In this document: positions 36,060 to 51,759 of the stretch, piece after piece
Layout: each line of letters starts with the position of its first letter
Position numbering within the stretch: the first letter of the stretch is position 1
From: Macrostomum lignano
Taxonomy: Eukaryota
Direction of reading: 5' to 3'
Assembly: GCA_002269645.1 (NCBI GenBank)
Contig: NIVC01000064.1
Span: forward strand, 1 to 64,000
Length of the DNA: 64,000 nt
The notes under the pieces: model-generated
Told to the model about the DNA's origin: nothing
The model's database searches: none
Seen by the model: only the letters and a program-made list of their open reading frames with translations
Made by a program: the position numbers and the translations under genes

Positions 36060-37135
36060 CATGAGTCATTAGTGATTGTATATGAGCTCATTAAACACTT
36101 TTAGCTACATAAATGAGTCATTAGTGATTTTATAAGCTCATTACACACTTTTAGCTACAGAAATGAGTCATTAGTGATTTTGTGAGCTCATTACACTTTT
36201 AGCTACAGAAATAAGTCATTAGTGATTGTATATGAGCTCATTAAACACTTTTAGCTACAGAAATGATGCATTAGTGATTTTTATGAGCTCATTACACACT
36301 TTTAGCTACATAAATGAGTCATTAGTGATTTTATGAGCCCATTAAACACTTTTAGCTACAGAAATGATGCATTGGTGATTTTTATGAGCTTATTACACAC
36401 TTTTAGCTACATAAATGAGTCATTACTGGTTTGTGAGCTCATTACACTTTTAGCTACAGAAATGAGTCATTAGTGATTTGTGAGCTCATTACACTTTTAG
36501 CTACATAAATGAGTCATTACTGATTTTATGAACTCATTACACACTTTTAGCTACATAAATGAGTCATTACTGATTTTATGAACTAATTACACACTTTTAG
36601 CTACATAAATGAGTCATTAGTGATTTGTGAGCTCATTACACTTTTAGCTACATAAATGAGCCATTAGTGATTTTGTGAGCTCATTACACTTTTAGCTACA
36701 TAAATGAGTCATTAGTGATTTTGTGAGCTCATTACACTTTTAGCTACAGAAACGAGTCATTAGTGATTTGTGAGCTCATTACACTTTTAGCTACAGAAAT
36801 GAGTCATTAGTGATTTGTGAGCTCATTACACATTTTTAGCTACATAAATGAGTCATTAGTAATTTTATGAGCTCATTACACACTTTTAGCTACATAAATG
36901 AGTCATTAGTGATTTTATGAGCTCATTACACACTTTTAGCTACATAAATGAGTCAGTACTGATTTTGTGAGCTCATTACACTTTTAGCTACAGAAATGAG
37001 TCTTTAGTGATTTTTTGATCTCATTAAACTGTTAGCCACAGAAAATAAGTCATTTTTTTATCTTATTACAATTAGCTACAAAAGTGTCATTAGTGATAGT
37101 ATGATCTCATTATAGTTTTAACTATTTGTGAGTCA
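36060..37135. repeat. ~46-48-bp satellite gctacagaaatgagtcattagtgattttgtgagctcattacactttta, ~22 copies
   Basis: Directly visible; a short array of the same unit occurs at 51810-51965. Confidence 0.93.
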
Positions 37136-37375
37136 TTTGCCATATCTATGTTTATTTTCATTATCAGAGACAGTAGCTGTGTGCACCCCGGCGGCGCACT
37201 TTAAGCGACATTGTCACACAACCGGCGAGAGGCATTACTGCTCATTCCGCAGACTCCCCTGAGCAGGCACACAAGCTCACGGATACGTACGCAGTCACAC
37301 GCACAGGCACACACTCACACAGGAGTGCACAGCGGCCCTGACTTTATTTATCGTTAGGCATTTACACTTTGCGGC
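37135..37375 (-). mobile_element. Copy 2 of the SINE-like element (head-truncated, joined to the satellite)
   Basis: Near-identical to 51965-52190, including the linker tgtgagtcatttgccat. Confidence 0.8.
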
Positions 37376-37804
37376 AGCACTCACCCTAGAATGACATGAC
37401 TATTCACTACCGACTACTGATACATGTAAGTAGAGATGTAAGTGTTTAAATTAAAATATATACAATAACCTGATAAGTGGAATAAAACAATTCAAATGAT
37501 GCGTACATATAACTATAACAAACTTCTTCAACAAGGTTAAAGAATATGTCACCAACAAGGTCGGGAGTACCTAACACACAAAGGTTACGGTTTTATTTTG
37601 TGACGAATGAGTTTCTAAACAGGCCAGCGCCATAAATAATTAAAACGCATTGCTTAGTATGAGAAAAATAAAATATATCAGTCTCCAGAATATAGCGTAA
37701 GTGTACATTGTTTTGAAAAAAGACATGCATTTTACTGACCACCACCTAGAACACTTACTTTGGCTCAAGAACAGTTCTCGTTCCATTCCTAGATGCAGGC
37801 TAAG

Positions 37805-38320
37805 ATCCTCGGACACATTCCTTCAGATTCTCGGACATTCCCTCAGATCCTCGGACACATTCTCTCAGATTCTCGGACACATTTCCTCAGATTCTTGGAC
37901 ACATTTCCTCAGATCCTCGGACACATTCCCTCAGATTCTCGGACACATTCCCTCAGATTCCCGGACACATTCTCCTAAGATTCTCGGACAAAACCCCCTT
38001 CAGATTCTCGGACACAACCCTCAGATTCTCGGAGACACCCCGTGAGATTCTCGGACACATCCCCCTTCAGATTCTCTGACACTTCCCTCAGATTCTTGGA
38101 CGCATGCCCCCAGATTCTCGGACACACCTCCTCAGATTCTCTGACACATCCCTCCTCAAATCTCCGGACACCGTTCTCAAACTGTCGAACATCCTTAGGA
38201 TTCTTGAGCTTTCAGTATCTCGGACACCTTCAGAACCTCAAACACACGGTTATAACTGTAAGATTCTCGGACGAATTGCCTTTAAATCCTCGGACAACTC
38301 TTTAGATAGTTTCTTAGATA
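37805..38320. repeat. ~20-22-bp minisatellite ctcagattctcggacacatt
   Basis: Directly visible. Confidence 0.88.
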
Positions 38321-38391
38321 CACCTCACACACCTGCTCTACAAGCTTCCTTAGAGCCTCGGACACCCCAAACAACTCCCCATGATCCACAC

Positions 38392-40930
<2,539 letters not shown>

Positions 40931-41039
40931 TTTGGTAGAATCTGTTTAACTGGAGCGGCTCGTGTTGAATTCCTAGAAATGAAGTACATGTAGGTAAGGG
41001 TGAACTAGTTTATATAGACATATCTAGCACCTTACTTTT

Positions 41040-43060
41040 AGATTTGGACACTAATCTAGTTGATTTAGGCGCTAATCTATTCGATTTAAGCGCTAATCTA
41101 GTTGACTCAGGCGCTAATCTATTAGATTCAGGCGCTAATCTAGTTGATTTAGGCGCTAATCTATTAGATTTAGGCGCTAATCTATTAGATTTAGGCGCTA
41201 ATCTATTAGATTTAGGCGCTAATCTATTAGATTTAGGCGCTAATCTATTAGATTTAGGCGCTAATCTAGTTGACTCAGGCGCTAATCTATTAGATTTAGG
41301 CGCTAATCTATTAGATTTAGGCGCTAATCTATTAGATTTAGGCGCTAATCTATTAGATTTAGGCGCTAATCTAGTTGATTTAGGCGCTAATCTATTAGAT
41401 TTAGGCGCTAATCTAGTTGATTTAGGCGCTAATCTATTCGATTTAAGCGCTAATCTAGTTGACTCAGGCGCTAATCTATTAGATTCAGGCGCTAATCTAT
41501 TAGATTTAGGCGCTAATCTATTAGATTTAGGCGCTAATCTATTAGATTTAGGCGCTAATCTATTAGATTTAGGCGCTAATCTATTAGATTTAGGCGCTAA
41601 TCTAGTTGATTTAGGCGCTAATCTATTAGATTTAGGCGCTAATCTATTAGATTTGGACACTAATCTAGTTGATTTAGGCGCTAATCTATTCGATTTAAGC
41701 GCTAATCTAGTTGACTCAGGCGCTAATCTATTAGATTCAGGCGCTAATCTATTAGATTTAGGCGCTAATCTATTAGATTTAGGCGCTAATCTATTAGATT
41801 TAGGCGCTAATCTATTAGATTTAGGCGCTAATCTAGTTGATTTAGGCGCTAATCTATTAGATTTAGGCGCTAATCTATTAGATTTAGGCGCTAATCTATT
41901 AGATTTAGGCGCTAATCTATTAGATTTAGGCGCTAATCTAGTTGATTTAGGCGCTAATCTATTAGATTTAGGCGCTAATCTATTAGATTTAGGCGCTAAT
42001 CTAGTTGACTCAGGCGCTAATCTAGTTGACTCAGGCGCTAATCCATTTGATTTAGGCGCAAATCTATTAGATTCAGGCGCTAATCTAGTTGATTTAGGCG
42101 CTAATCTAGTTGATTTAGGCGCTAATCTATTAGATTTAGGCGCTAATCTATTAGATTTAGGCGCTAATCTATTAGATTTAGGCGCTAATCTATTAGATTT
42201 AGGCGCTAATCTAGTTGACTCAGGCGCTAATCTAGTTGACTCAGGCGCTAATCCATTTGATTTAGGCGCAAATCTATTAGATTCAGGCGCTAATCTAGTT
42301 GATTTAGGCGCTAATCTAGTTGATTTAGGCGCTAATCTATTAGATTTAGGCGCTAATCTATTAGATTTAGGCGCTAATCTATTAGATTTATGCGCTAATC
42401 TAGTTGACTCAGGCGCTAATCTAGTTGACTCAGGCGCTAATCTAGTTGACTCAGGCGCTAATCCATTTGATTTAGGCGCAAATCTATTAGATTCAGGCGC
42501 TAATCTATTAGATTTAGGCGCTAATCTATTAGATTTAGGCGCTAATCTAGTTGATTTAGGCGCTAATCTATTAGATTTAGGCGCTAATCTATTAGATTTA
42601 GGCGCTAATCTATTAGATTTAGGCGCTAATCTAGTTGACTCAGGCGCTAATCTAGTTGACTCAGGCGCTAATCCATTTGATTTAGGCGCAAATCTATTAG
42701 ATTCAGGCGCTAATCTAGTTGATTTAGGCGCTAATCTAGTTGATTTAGGCGCTAATCTATTAGATTTAGGCGCTAATCTATTAGATTTAGGCGCTAATCT
42801 ATTAGATTTATGCGCTAATCTAGTTGACTCAGGCGCTAATCTAGTTGACTCAGGCGCTAATCTAGTTGACTCAGGCGCTAATCCATTTGATTTAGGCGCA
42901 AATCTATTAGATTCAGGCACTAATCTAGTTGATTTAGGCGCTAATCTAGTTGATTTAGGCGCTAATCTAGTTGATTTAGGCGCTAATCTATTAGATTTAG
43001 GCGCTAATCTAGTTGACTCAGGCGCTAATCTATTAGATTTAGGCACTAATCTATTAGACA
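41040..43060. repeat. 21-bp minisatellite gcgctaatctattagatttag, ~96 copies with higher-order blocks
   Basis: Directly visible; source of the 689-aa and 739-aa repeat ORFs. Confidence 0.96.
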
Positions 43061-43574
43061 TACCAAACAATAGATACATTTACGTACCTTTCTTAAAACG
43101 AACTCTATACCTTTATTATGGAACAATTGCAAGAATAGTCTTCAACTACATTAATAAGCCAAACTTGACGCGTTCTTTCAAGATTGCAGGCAATTTTTTG
43201 GCAAATACATTTATTCTGCCCTCGAATTCCAAAGCTCTATTAAGCAAACAGTCTCAGCTATAGAAACACTGGCTGACTGTTTGCAAAAAACTGTCTGGTA
43301 GAATGTGTTACATACCAGAATAGATATATAGAGGACAGAGGGAGAACGCGAGTACGAAACTCTGCTGTCGCCTGTCATGTTGGGTAGGAAATTGAAATAA
43401 AGCAGGTGGTCAAAGTTGACTTCGGGTTTGCTGTAGGGGGTGGGCGGCGTCCAAATATTGCTGGGCCAACTTCATGCGAGTTTTGCTCTATTGAATTTTC
43501 CTACTCCTAGTGGCGAATAAGTACGCGTTGCGATCTTCATCTGTTCAAGCCTCTACCCGTTGGAACTCGCCTGT

Positions 43575-44045
43575 TAGGAATCTCATCCGATAGAATCTCA
43601 ATCTTGGAATCTAACCCACTAGAATCTCAATCTTTGGAATCCCACCTGCTAGAATCTCAATCTTTGGAATCTCACCCGTTAAAATCTCAATCTTTGGAAT
43701 CTAACCCAGTAGAATCTCAATCTTTGGAATCCCACCTGCTAGAATCTCAATCTTTGGAATCTCATCCGATAGAATCTTAATCTTGGAATCTCACCTGCTA
43801 GAATCTCAATCTTTGGAATCTTATTCGATAGAATTTTAATCTTGGAATCTCACCCAGTAGAATCTCTATCTTTGGAATCTTATCCAATAGAATCTTAATC
43901 TTGGAATCTCACCCAGTAGAATCTCAATCCTTGGAATCTCACCCGAGAGGATCTCAATCTTTGGAATCTCACGCGATAGGATCTCAGTCTTTGGAATCTC
44001 ATCCGCTAAAGTCTTAATCTTTGGAATCTCACCCATTAGAATCTC
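43575..44045. repeat. ~30-bp minisatellite tagaatctcaatctttggaatctcacc, ~16 copies
   Basis: Directly visible. Confidence 0.9.
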
Positions 44046-44654
44046 ACACGCGATAGAACCCAACCCAAATTAGGCAACAGAATATTATTAAGTATAGCTT
44101 GTAAAATACTCACTGTTGCAGTGGCTCAGTACCTGCAGGCAAGCTGTGAAACAAACACAGCAGAATATGATGAGAGGCCCCGCCTTGGCCGGCACGTGTC
44201 TGCTCTCTATGCGAGCGAAGCTAAACTCAATCTTTAATAGATGACAAAGTGAGCCATTGTTTGTTAGGGACACAGTCCAAACTCCAGAGCCCTCGTGTGC
44301 TGGGGGTCTCGTATGGCATCTAGCTGATATTTCTCAGCCTCTTGATGCACACCTATGCAAACTTGTACAAATTTACCGCGAAGTTGAATGTACATACAGA
44401 GCCATTGAGAATTTGTGTGCGTGTTGGTCTTTCGCGTGTTGGCTCTGTGACGCCTCTGTGACGCTAGTAGAGTGTTAGACGGACACAATGTATTGTATTT
44501 ACTGAAGCCATTGTGCACGTGTGTTCTCTATATTGGGTGATGCTAGAGGTGAGTTTAAAAATATTTATTATGAGGCGGGACTACCTACTCGTAGTAGCAG
44601 TAGACAAATGGCTCATTTAAAATTAGACACCTGCCTCTATTGATTGTCTCAGTA

Positions 44655-45980
44655 GACATTGAGTGACTCTTGATTTTCTGAGTATGGACACCTGAGTGAC
44701 TCTTGACTGTCTGAGTAGACTCCTGAGTGACTCTTGATTGCCTGAGTAGACTCCTGAGTGACTCTTGATTGTCTGAGTAGACTCCTGAGTGACTCTTGAT
44801 TGTCTGAGTAGACTCCTGAGTGACTCTTGATTGTCTGAGTAGACTCCTGAGTGACTCTTGATTGTCTGAGTAGACTCCTGAGTGACTCTTGATTGTCTGA
44901 GTAGACACCTGAGTGACTCTTGATTGCCTGAGTAGACACCTGAGTGACTCTTGATTGTCTGAGTAGACACCTGAGTGACTCTTGACTGTCTGAGTATGGA
45001 CAGTTGAGTGACTCTTGATTGTCTGATTAGACACCTGAGTGACTCTTGATTGCCTGAGTAGACACCTGAGTGACTCTTGATTGTCTGAGTAGACTCCTGA
45101 GTGACTCTTGATTGTCTGATTAGACACCTGAGTGACTCTTGATTGTCTGAGTAGACACCTGAGTGACTCTTGATTGCCTGAGTAGACACCTGAGTGACTC
45201 TTGATTGTCTGAGTAGACACCTGAGTGACTCTTGATTGTCTGAGTAGACACCTGAGTGACTCTTGATTGCCTGAGTAGACACCTGAGTGACTCTTGACTG
45301 TCTGAGTATGGACAGTTGAGTGACTCTTGATTGTCTGATTAGACACCTGAGTGACTCTTGTTGTCTGAGTAGACTCCTGAGTGACTCTTGATTGCCTGAG
45401 TAGACACCTGAGTGACTCTTGACTGTCTGAGTATGGACAGTTGAGTGACTCTTGATTGTCTGATTAGACACCTGAGTGACTCTTGATTGCCTGAGTAGAC
45501 TCCTGAGTGACTCTTGATTGCCTGAGTAGACTCCTGAGTGACTCTTGATTGCCTGAGTAGACTCCTGAGTGACTCTTGATTGCCTGAGTAGACATCTGAG
45601 TGACTCTTACTTGTCTGAGTAGACACCTGAGTGACTCTTGATTGTCTGAGTAGACTCCTGAGTGACTCTTGATTGTCTGAGTAGACTCCTGAGTGACTCT
45701 TGATTGTCTGAGTAGACTCCTGAGTGACTCTTGATTGCCTGAGTAGACATCTGAGTGACTCTTGATTGCCTGAGTAGACATCTGAGTGACTCTTACTTGT
45801 CTGAGTAGACACCTGAGTGACTCTTGATTGTCTGAGTATGGACACTGAGTGACTCTTGACTGTCTGAGTATGGACACTCCTGAGTGACTCTTGACTGTCT
45901 GAGTATGGACACTCCTGAGTGACTCTTGACTGTCTGAGTATGGACACTCCTGAGTGACTCTTGACTGTCTGAGTAGACAG
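44655..45980. repeat. 31-bp minisatellite ctgagtgactcttgattgtctgagtagacac, ~43 copies
   Basis: Directly visible. Confidence 0.95.
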
Positions 45981-46336
45981 CTGATTAATTCTCGGGGCTC
46001 CGAGTAAAAGGGCATATTTTTATATTAACAGCCTGTGAATATAAATCAACCGAAAAGTATTAAGGGTAAAGTAAAGGTAAAAGGAACAACGGTATTTTTG
46101 CCATTGTATTGTAATAAACTGGTCCGAATCTATAGATAAAAAATTTACAATGCCAAGTTAGAAAACATTTTTTCAGTACAATTTTATAGAGAAACCGCCG
46201 TTTTCCTTTATAAAACAAAGAATGTTTCTTGTTAGTCAGAGATGCTACTCATCATATGAATTATTTGTCACACACTGAAAAAACAACTATTAAAATCCTC
46301 CCAACTCAAAGGCAGCCTCTATCGATCTATCGATGG

Positions 46337-49300
46337 CTACTTGTTCTGTCGTTTCTCCCTCCTCTCCTGGTTCTTCTCCAGCACCTGGGAGATGCGGTAC
46401 TCGGATTCCTGGCCGCACTCGGTGAAGCGCAGGTCCATCTCCAGCAAGGTGTGGTTCCGCTCCATGCCCTCCTGCAGCTGCTTGCCGCCGTCAGCTCCCA
46501 GACGGTTGTTGCACAGGTTCAGCCGTTGCAGCGTCTTGTTCTGGACGATCACCTGAGCCAGCACGGTTGCCGTCGGCTCTGTCAACTCGTTGCTGGAGAT
46601 GTCGACGTCTTCCAGGATGTCGTTGCGGATCAGCGCCTTGCCGATGGCCTGGCCGCCATCGTCGCCCATCCGGTTGAGGCGGAGGCTGAGCTGTCGCAGA
46701 GTGCGGTTCTTGAGCAGCGCGTGGGCGAGAGCCTGGGCGCCCTGAGCTCGCACCAGATTGTCCGTGACATCCAAGCGGACCAGCTTGCTGTGGCCATTCA
46801 GGAATTTGCCGAGCGCACGGGCCCCCGATCTCCGATGCTGTTGTGCGACAGGTCCAGCTCCTCCAGTCCCGGATGGTCCAGCAGCCGGCTGATGAGGATG
46901 CGGCACCGGTCGCAGTCCACTTTGCTGCGGCTGAGCTGCAACACTCGCAGCTGACGACAAGCGGCCACAGCTTCGGCGAGTTTCAGGCAGTCTTTGGCGG
47001 TGAAGTTGAAGAGGCTCCATTCGAAGTTCATGCCGCAGTCGCGGACGGTGTAGCAGAGTCGCAGCTCCGTGAGGTTCGGCAGCTGTGGAAGCAGCGGTCC
47101 GAAGTCCAGGTGGCTGTTGTCCAGCTCGTTCTCCGCGTCAGAGCCGTGGTCGCTGCCGGCGTCGTCGCCCTGACCGGCGGTGTCGTCGGCGACCGGCGGC
47201 AGCAGCTGGTTGATGACGAGCCGGCGGACGAACGGGCCGGCCAGGATGAGCGACTCGCTGAGCTGAGTGGGGTCAGTGCTGCCCGGCACGAAGAATTCGA
47301 TCACTTCCTGTGGAATTGGGAATGTTGTGATTTGTTTAAATGCTTCTTTTCAATTTGGATTCTGCTGTCAACTTGGAGCAGAAAAAAGTTAATATAAATC
47401 AATTTAAATTCCGGTGGTTTCAATTCTATGCTTGGGCATCAAATAAAAATGAAATGAAAAAGTGGAAATAAAATCATAGCAATTACTGTATTGCATGAAA
47501 TTGAAAAAAAATTAATTCCTGATATACTCGTAGGTATAAGACTATGTTGTATATTAATGCACTTTTTTGTTGATATTAATTTTTATAGATATTCTATTTA
47601 TTATTGTTTATGACAATATTGCGCAATACGAGTTCGTAGATTTTTATTGCGTTTTATTTATAAACAAATTTTATTTTAAAAATCATTTCTATTAAGATTA
47701 TTAGGATTAATCGGTGTTTTTAGTTTTTAAGTAGAAAACTAGCAATCTTCGCCCCCCGATGAGGGACTTCTGGATAGAATCCTTGTTATTTAGAAATAAC
47801 AAATAGACAGCGAAATAAAGCCTTCATAAAAAAACAACAGACGTTCCCTCTAAAAACAGAACATCCCCCAGATTGCAAGCATCCCCCAGATTGCAAGCAT
47901 CCCCCAGATAGCAAGCATCCCCCAGATTGCAAGCATCCCCCAGATTGCAAGCATCCCCCCAGATAGCAAGCATCCCCCAGATTGCAAGCATCCCCCCAGA
48001 TAGCAAGCATCCCCCCAGATAGCAAGCATCCACCAGATAGCAAGCATCCACCAGATAGCAAGCATCCCCCAGATAGCAAGCATCCCCCAGATAGCAAGCA
48101 TCCACCAGATAGCAAGCATCCCTCAAATAGCAAGCATCCCCCCAGATAGCAAGCATCCCCCAGATAGCAAGCATCCACCAGATAGCAAGCATCCACCAGA
48201 TAGCAAGCATCCACCAGATAGCAAGCATCCACCAGATAGCAAGCATCCCCAGATAGCAAGCATCCACCAGATAGCAAGCATCCACCAGATAGCAAGCATC
48301 CCCCAGATAGCAAGCATCCCCCAGATAGCAAGCATCCCCCAGATAGCAAGCATCCACCAGATAGCAAGCATCCACCAGATAGCAAGCATCCCCCAGATAG
48401 CAAGCATCCACCAGATAGCAAGCATCCACCAGATAGCAAGCATCCACCAGATAGCAAGCATCCACCAGATAGCAAGCATCCCCCAGATAGCAAGCATCCC
48501 CCAGATAGCAAGCATCCACCAGATAGCAAGCATCCCTCAAATAGCAAGCATCCCCCCAGATAGCAAGCATCCCCCAGATAGCAAGCATCCACCAGATAGC
48601 AAGCATCCACCAGATAGCAAGCATCCACCAGATAGCAAGCATCCACCAGATAGCAAGCATCCCCCAGATAGCAAGCATCCACCAGATAGCAAGCATCCAC
48701 CAGATAGCAAGCATCCCCCAGATAGCAAGCATCCCCCAGATAGCAAGCATCCCCCAGATAGCAAGCATCCACCAGATAGCAAGCATCCACCAGATAGCAA
48801 GCATCCCCCAGATAGCAAGCATCCACCAGATAGCAAGCATCCACCAGATAGCAAGCATCCACCAGATAGCAAGCATCCCCCAGATAGCAAGCATCCACCA
48901 GATAGCAAGCATCCCCCAGATAGCAAGCATCCCCCAGATAGCAAGCATCCCCCAGATAGCAAGCATCCCCCCAGATAGCAAGCATCCACCAGATAGCAAG
49001 CATCCCCCAGATAGCAAGCATCCCACAGATAGCAAGCATCCCACAGACTCTACTACAGTTTTTAGGTAGAAAATTTGTTAACATTTTCCCTAGATTAAAT
49101 TAAAAATAAACTGTAGTAAATTATAATTATATAGCAACTTTAAGTATGATATGCGTAAAACGAAATTAAAACTATTTTTTTAGAAACGATTTAAAATGAA
49201 TACTCTTTAATGTCAACTACTCAACAGGCTCTAGTTTTTCTCTAGTCATTAAAAATTGAGCAAGTTAAAAAGGTGTTAGAAAACTACCTGCAAATCGCGC

Positions 49301-49908
49301 TCAAAGTGCATCCGCTTCCAGCTTCCGTCGTACTGGCTGACGTCGCAGACGGGCCACCGCGCTTTGCACACGCGACGCCAATAGCTTTCGTCGCGAATTA
49401 GCGGCCCGGTGACCTTCTTTGACACGTCAACTGGCAGCCGCTTCAGCAGCTTAGCCTGTTGAGCAGGATCGACTCGGTTGAGCACGTCTGAGTTGTACTC
49501 AAAATTGGCCACGAGGCCTTTGAGACTGAGCTCGGCCAGTCCCGGCACCGTGGCCAGGTTCCACTCCGGATCCTCCGCGATGATTTTGCGGATGTTGCGC
49601 CGGTCCAGTGCCGGGTCCTCTTGAACCTCCTGCTCCGGCAGGTCCTCATCTTCGGCGGCGGCATCTGGATCGCCTCCTGCAGCGTCCTCGGCATCGCCAG
49701 CCACCGCGTCAGCCTCTTCGGCGTCTTCGTTGGCCCCGGCCTCCGTCTGCTGTCGCGTGGAACCTGCGGCCTGGCTCTGGCTCTTCTTGGAACGGCCGGA
49801 GGCGCGGGACGGCGGCGCCTCATCGCCTTCTGCTGCTGCTTCAGCGGCCGCCGCCGTCTGGTCCGCCTCCTCGCCACCGGGAGCCGGAGTCTGCGGTTTC
49901 GACGACAT
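46337..49908 (-). CDS. TCTE1: TCTE1/DRC5 dynein regulatory complex LRR protein (~530 aa); exons 49908-49288, 47307-46337; one -1 indel at ~46824
   Basis: RKIIAEDPEWNLATVP...YWRRVCKARWPVC..GSWKRMHFER..FVPGSTDP...DCGMNFEWSLFNF...LRLNRMGDDGG, followed by RI-like LRRs. Exon sum 1592 nt, in frame after +1. Confidence 0.95.
47862..49045. repeat. 18-bp minisatellite gatagcaagcatcc(c/a)cca, ~65 copies (TCTE1 intron)
   Basis: Directly visible. Confidence 0.95.
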
Positions 49909-50659
49909 GCTGTTTTGTTCTTTGGTGGGGAAAATTCTAGCTCTTAAAAAATGCTTGAAATCTAGTCGGATGACAAGATGAAATAGAAAAGCCTGCTTAA
50001 AATTGCTAAAAAATTGTCAAGCTTGTTTGCAGTTTGAATTTGGCGCGCGCCGCGTTGCTAATGGTAACCCTTATTTTGCTTGCACTGGGGAGAGAGAGGG
50101 TATGAGAGTGGTCTGAGCGGGGCCGAGAGGGAGTGGAAGACTGGAAGACTTTGAGTGCATGAATGTACACTGGGCTTGGTAGATAAAGCGCCAGTGTACA
50201 CTGCCAGCCCGTTTGAAGCATTAAATATAATTTGACAATACATTCTCATTCGATTCATTCTACTAATAGTAAGTAGCTGAGGAATCTAGATACAAAAGTT
50301 ACTGCGATTATTATTAGTTTTGCATGCTGTAGTGCCTTAGTTTTTTAAGTGTTTTTCTCGAAATGTACTTTGAGCTTTAATTAAGCATTCTAATTAGCTT
50401 AATCAGCTTCCATATACGTATGTAAAATTGTAGGCGAGGTACATTGTTTATTTTGTCAGGTTGCCCTGAATTTTGTGATGAAATTTTTATCGCACACACA
50501 CGCCAGCCAATGGCATGGCTACATCTGCTTGCAACCAACCATAATCATTCGAGAACCAATTTTTTTAATCAATTTTCCATTATTTATATCTTCATCATAT
50601 CAAGCTACAGGAAGATAATTCGCTTCGTCAAATTTTAGCTGCAAAACGTCAGAAAAATC

Positions 50660-51136
50660 ATGCTAGCTCTGATGAAGCTGCTTCTAATAGCAGAAATTCT
50701 TGCCGTAAACACTGTTCAATGCGTAGATAACAATCTTACCTACACCAACGTTGGTTGCTATGCCGACACGTCCAAGCGAGATCTAGACGGCCTTGTTGGA
50801 ATTTCCCGGCTGGGTCCGTATGCTGTGAAAAGTTTTGGCGCAGTCAAAGACTCCGCAGCAATGACCATTGAGCTGTGCTACAGAATCTGCTCAATTGGAG
50901 CTGTAGCAGGATTGGGATTCAAATATTTCTCTTTGCAATCGACAGATGAATGCTTCTGCGGATCGGGCTACGGCCTCTATGGAGCTGCGGATACTGAGGC
51001 GCAGTGCAGTGCAGCTTGCCCAGGCAATGCCAGCCAGATCTGTGGCGGAGCTTGGCGAAACTCTGTGTACAGATTCAACAGTCAGACTGAAGCTGCTGGC
51101 GATGACATCGAAGGTAATTCTGGTAGCCCCGTATAG
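50660..51136 (+). CDS. Secreted single-WSC-domain protein, 158 aa, intronless
   Basis: Hydrophobic signal peptide; WSC Cys pattern Y..VGCY.D...MTIELC..IC...YF.LQ..ECFCG...C...CPG..QICGG..RNSVY. Confidence 0.85.
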   Translation: MLALMKLLLIAEILAVNTVQCVDNNLTYTNVGCYADTSKRDLDGLVGISRLGPYAVKSFGAVKDSAAMTIELCYRICSIGAVAGLGFKYFSLQSTDECFCGSGYGLYGAADTEAQCSAACPGNASQICGGAWRNSVYRFNSQTEAAGDDIEGNSGSPV

Positions 51137-51759
51137 ATGATAAGCTTACTGACTTAATGATCTATTAATCAGCTTTGATGTTTGATTGATTGATAGTTGA
51201 TGGGATCTATAAATCAGCTTTGATCGTTGATTAACTGATTAATTTATGATTGATTGGTGGGATTTAGGAATATTTTTGATGGTGTATCGGTGGACTAGCA
51301 ATCTGCATCCCCCCGTTGGGGAGGCCAACATTTTTCGAAGAAACTACATGTAGGTGTAGCATGCGCATGCAGTGAGGCAGTTCGCACTCTGTGACCCCAC
51401 CCAGCCTCAGCGACCCCCCCCCCCCTATGAGCCACAGCGTTTCAGCAACCCCCATGAGTCTTGACATCTCAGCAATCCCCCCCATGAACCACAGCATTTC
51501 ACAGGGTCCCAGTGCCGTTCAGGCAACGAATCTATGTAACTAATGAAGACGTCGACTTAGTCAGAAAACAGCAATATACAAAATGTCGGAGCGCTTATCA
51601 GAATATCTTATAGCCTATAGCTTATAGGCTGACGAGTGAATAATCTGAATTTCGATCAAACAATGAAGCCTAACCTAGGTTTGGATAGGGAACACGTAAT
51701 CTCTAAAGAGTTTTGAAGATCCTTCCTTGTCATTTAGTGCGAGTAAATCGCTTTGCCAA

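Noticed and set aside
27325-37135. Hairpin-bearing 40-bp and ~47-bp arrays as CRISPR-like loci
   Set aside because: Head-to-tail repeats with no unique spacers, eukaryotic context, no cas genes.
41010-43263. 689-aa and 739-aa ORFs on opposite strands (LAPKSNR / DLGANLL repeats), superficially LRR- or pentapeptide-like
   Set aside because: Products of a stop-free 21-bp minisatellite; no unique domain or splice context.
44585-49084. Long repeat ORFs (QSRVTQ..., GGCLLS/DACYL/MLAIW)
   Set aside because: Translations of the 31-bp and 18-bp arrays; the latter lies within the TCTE1 intron.
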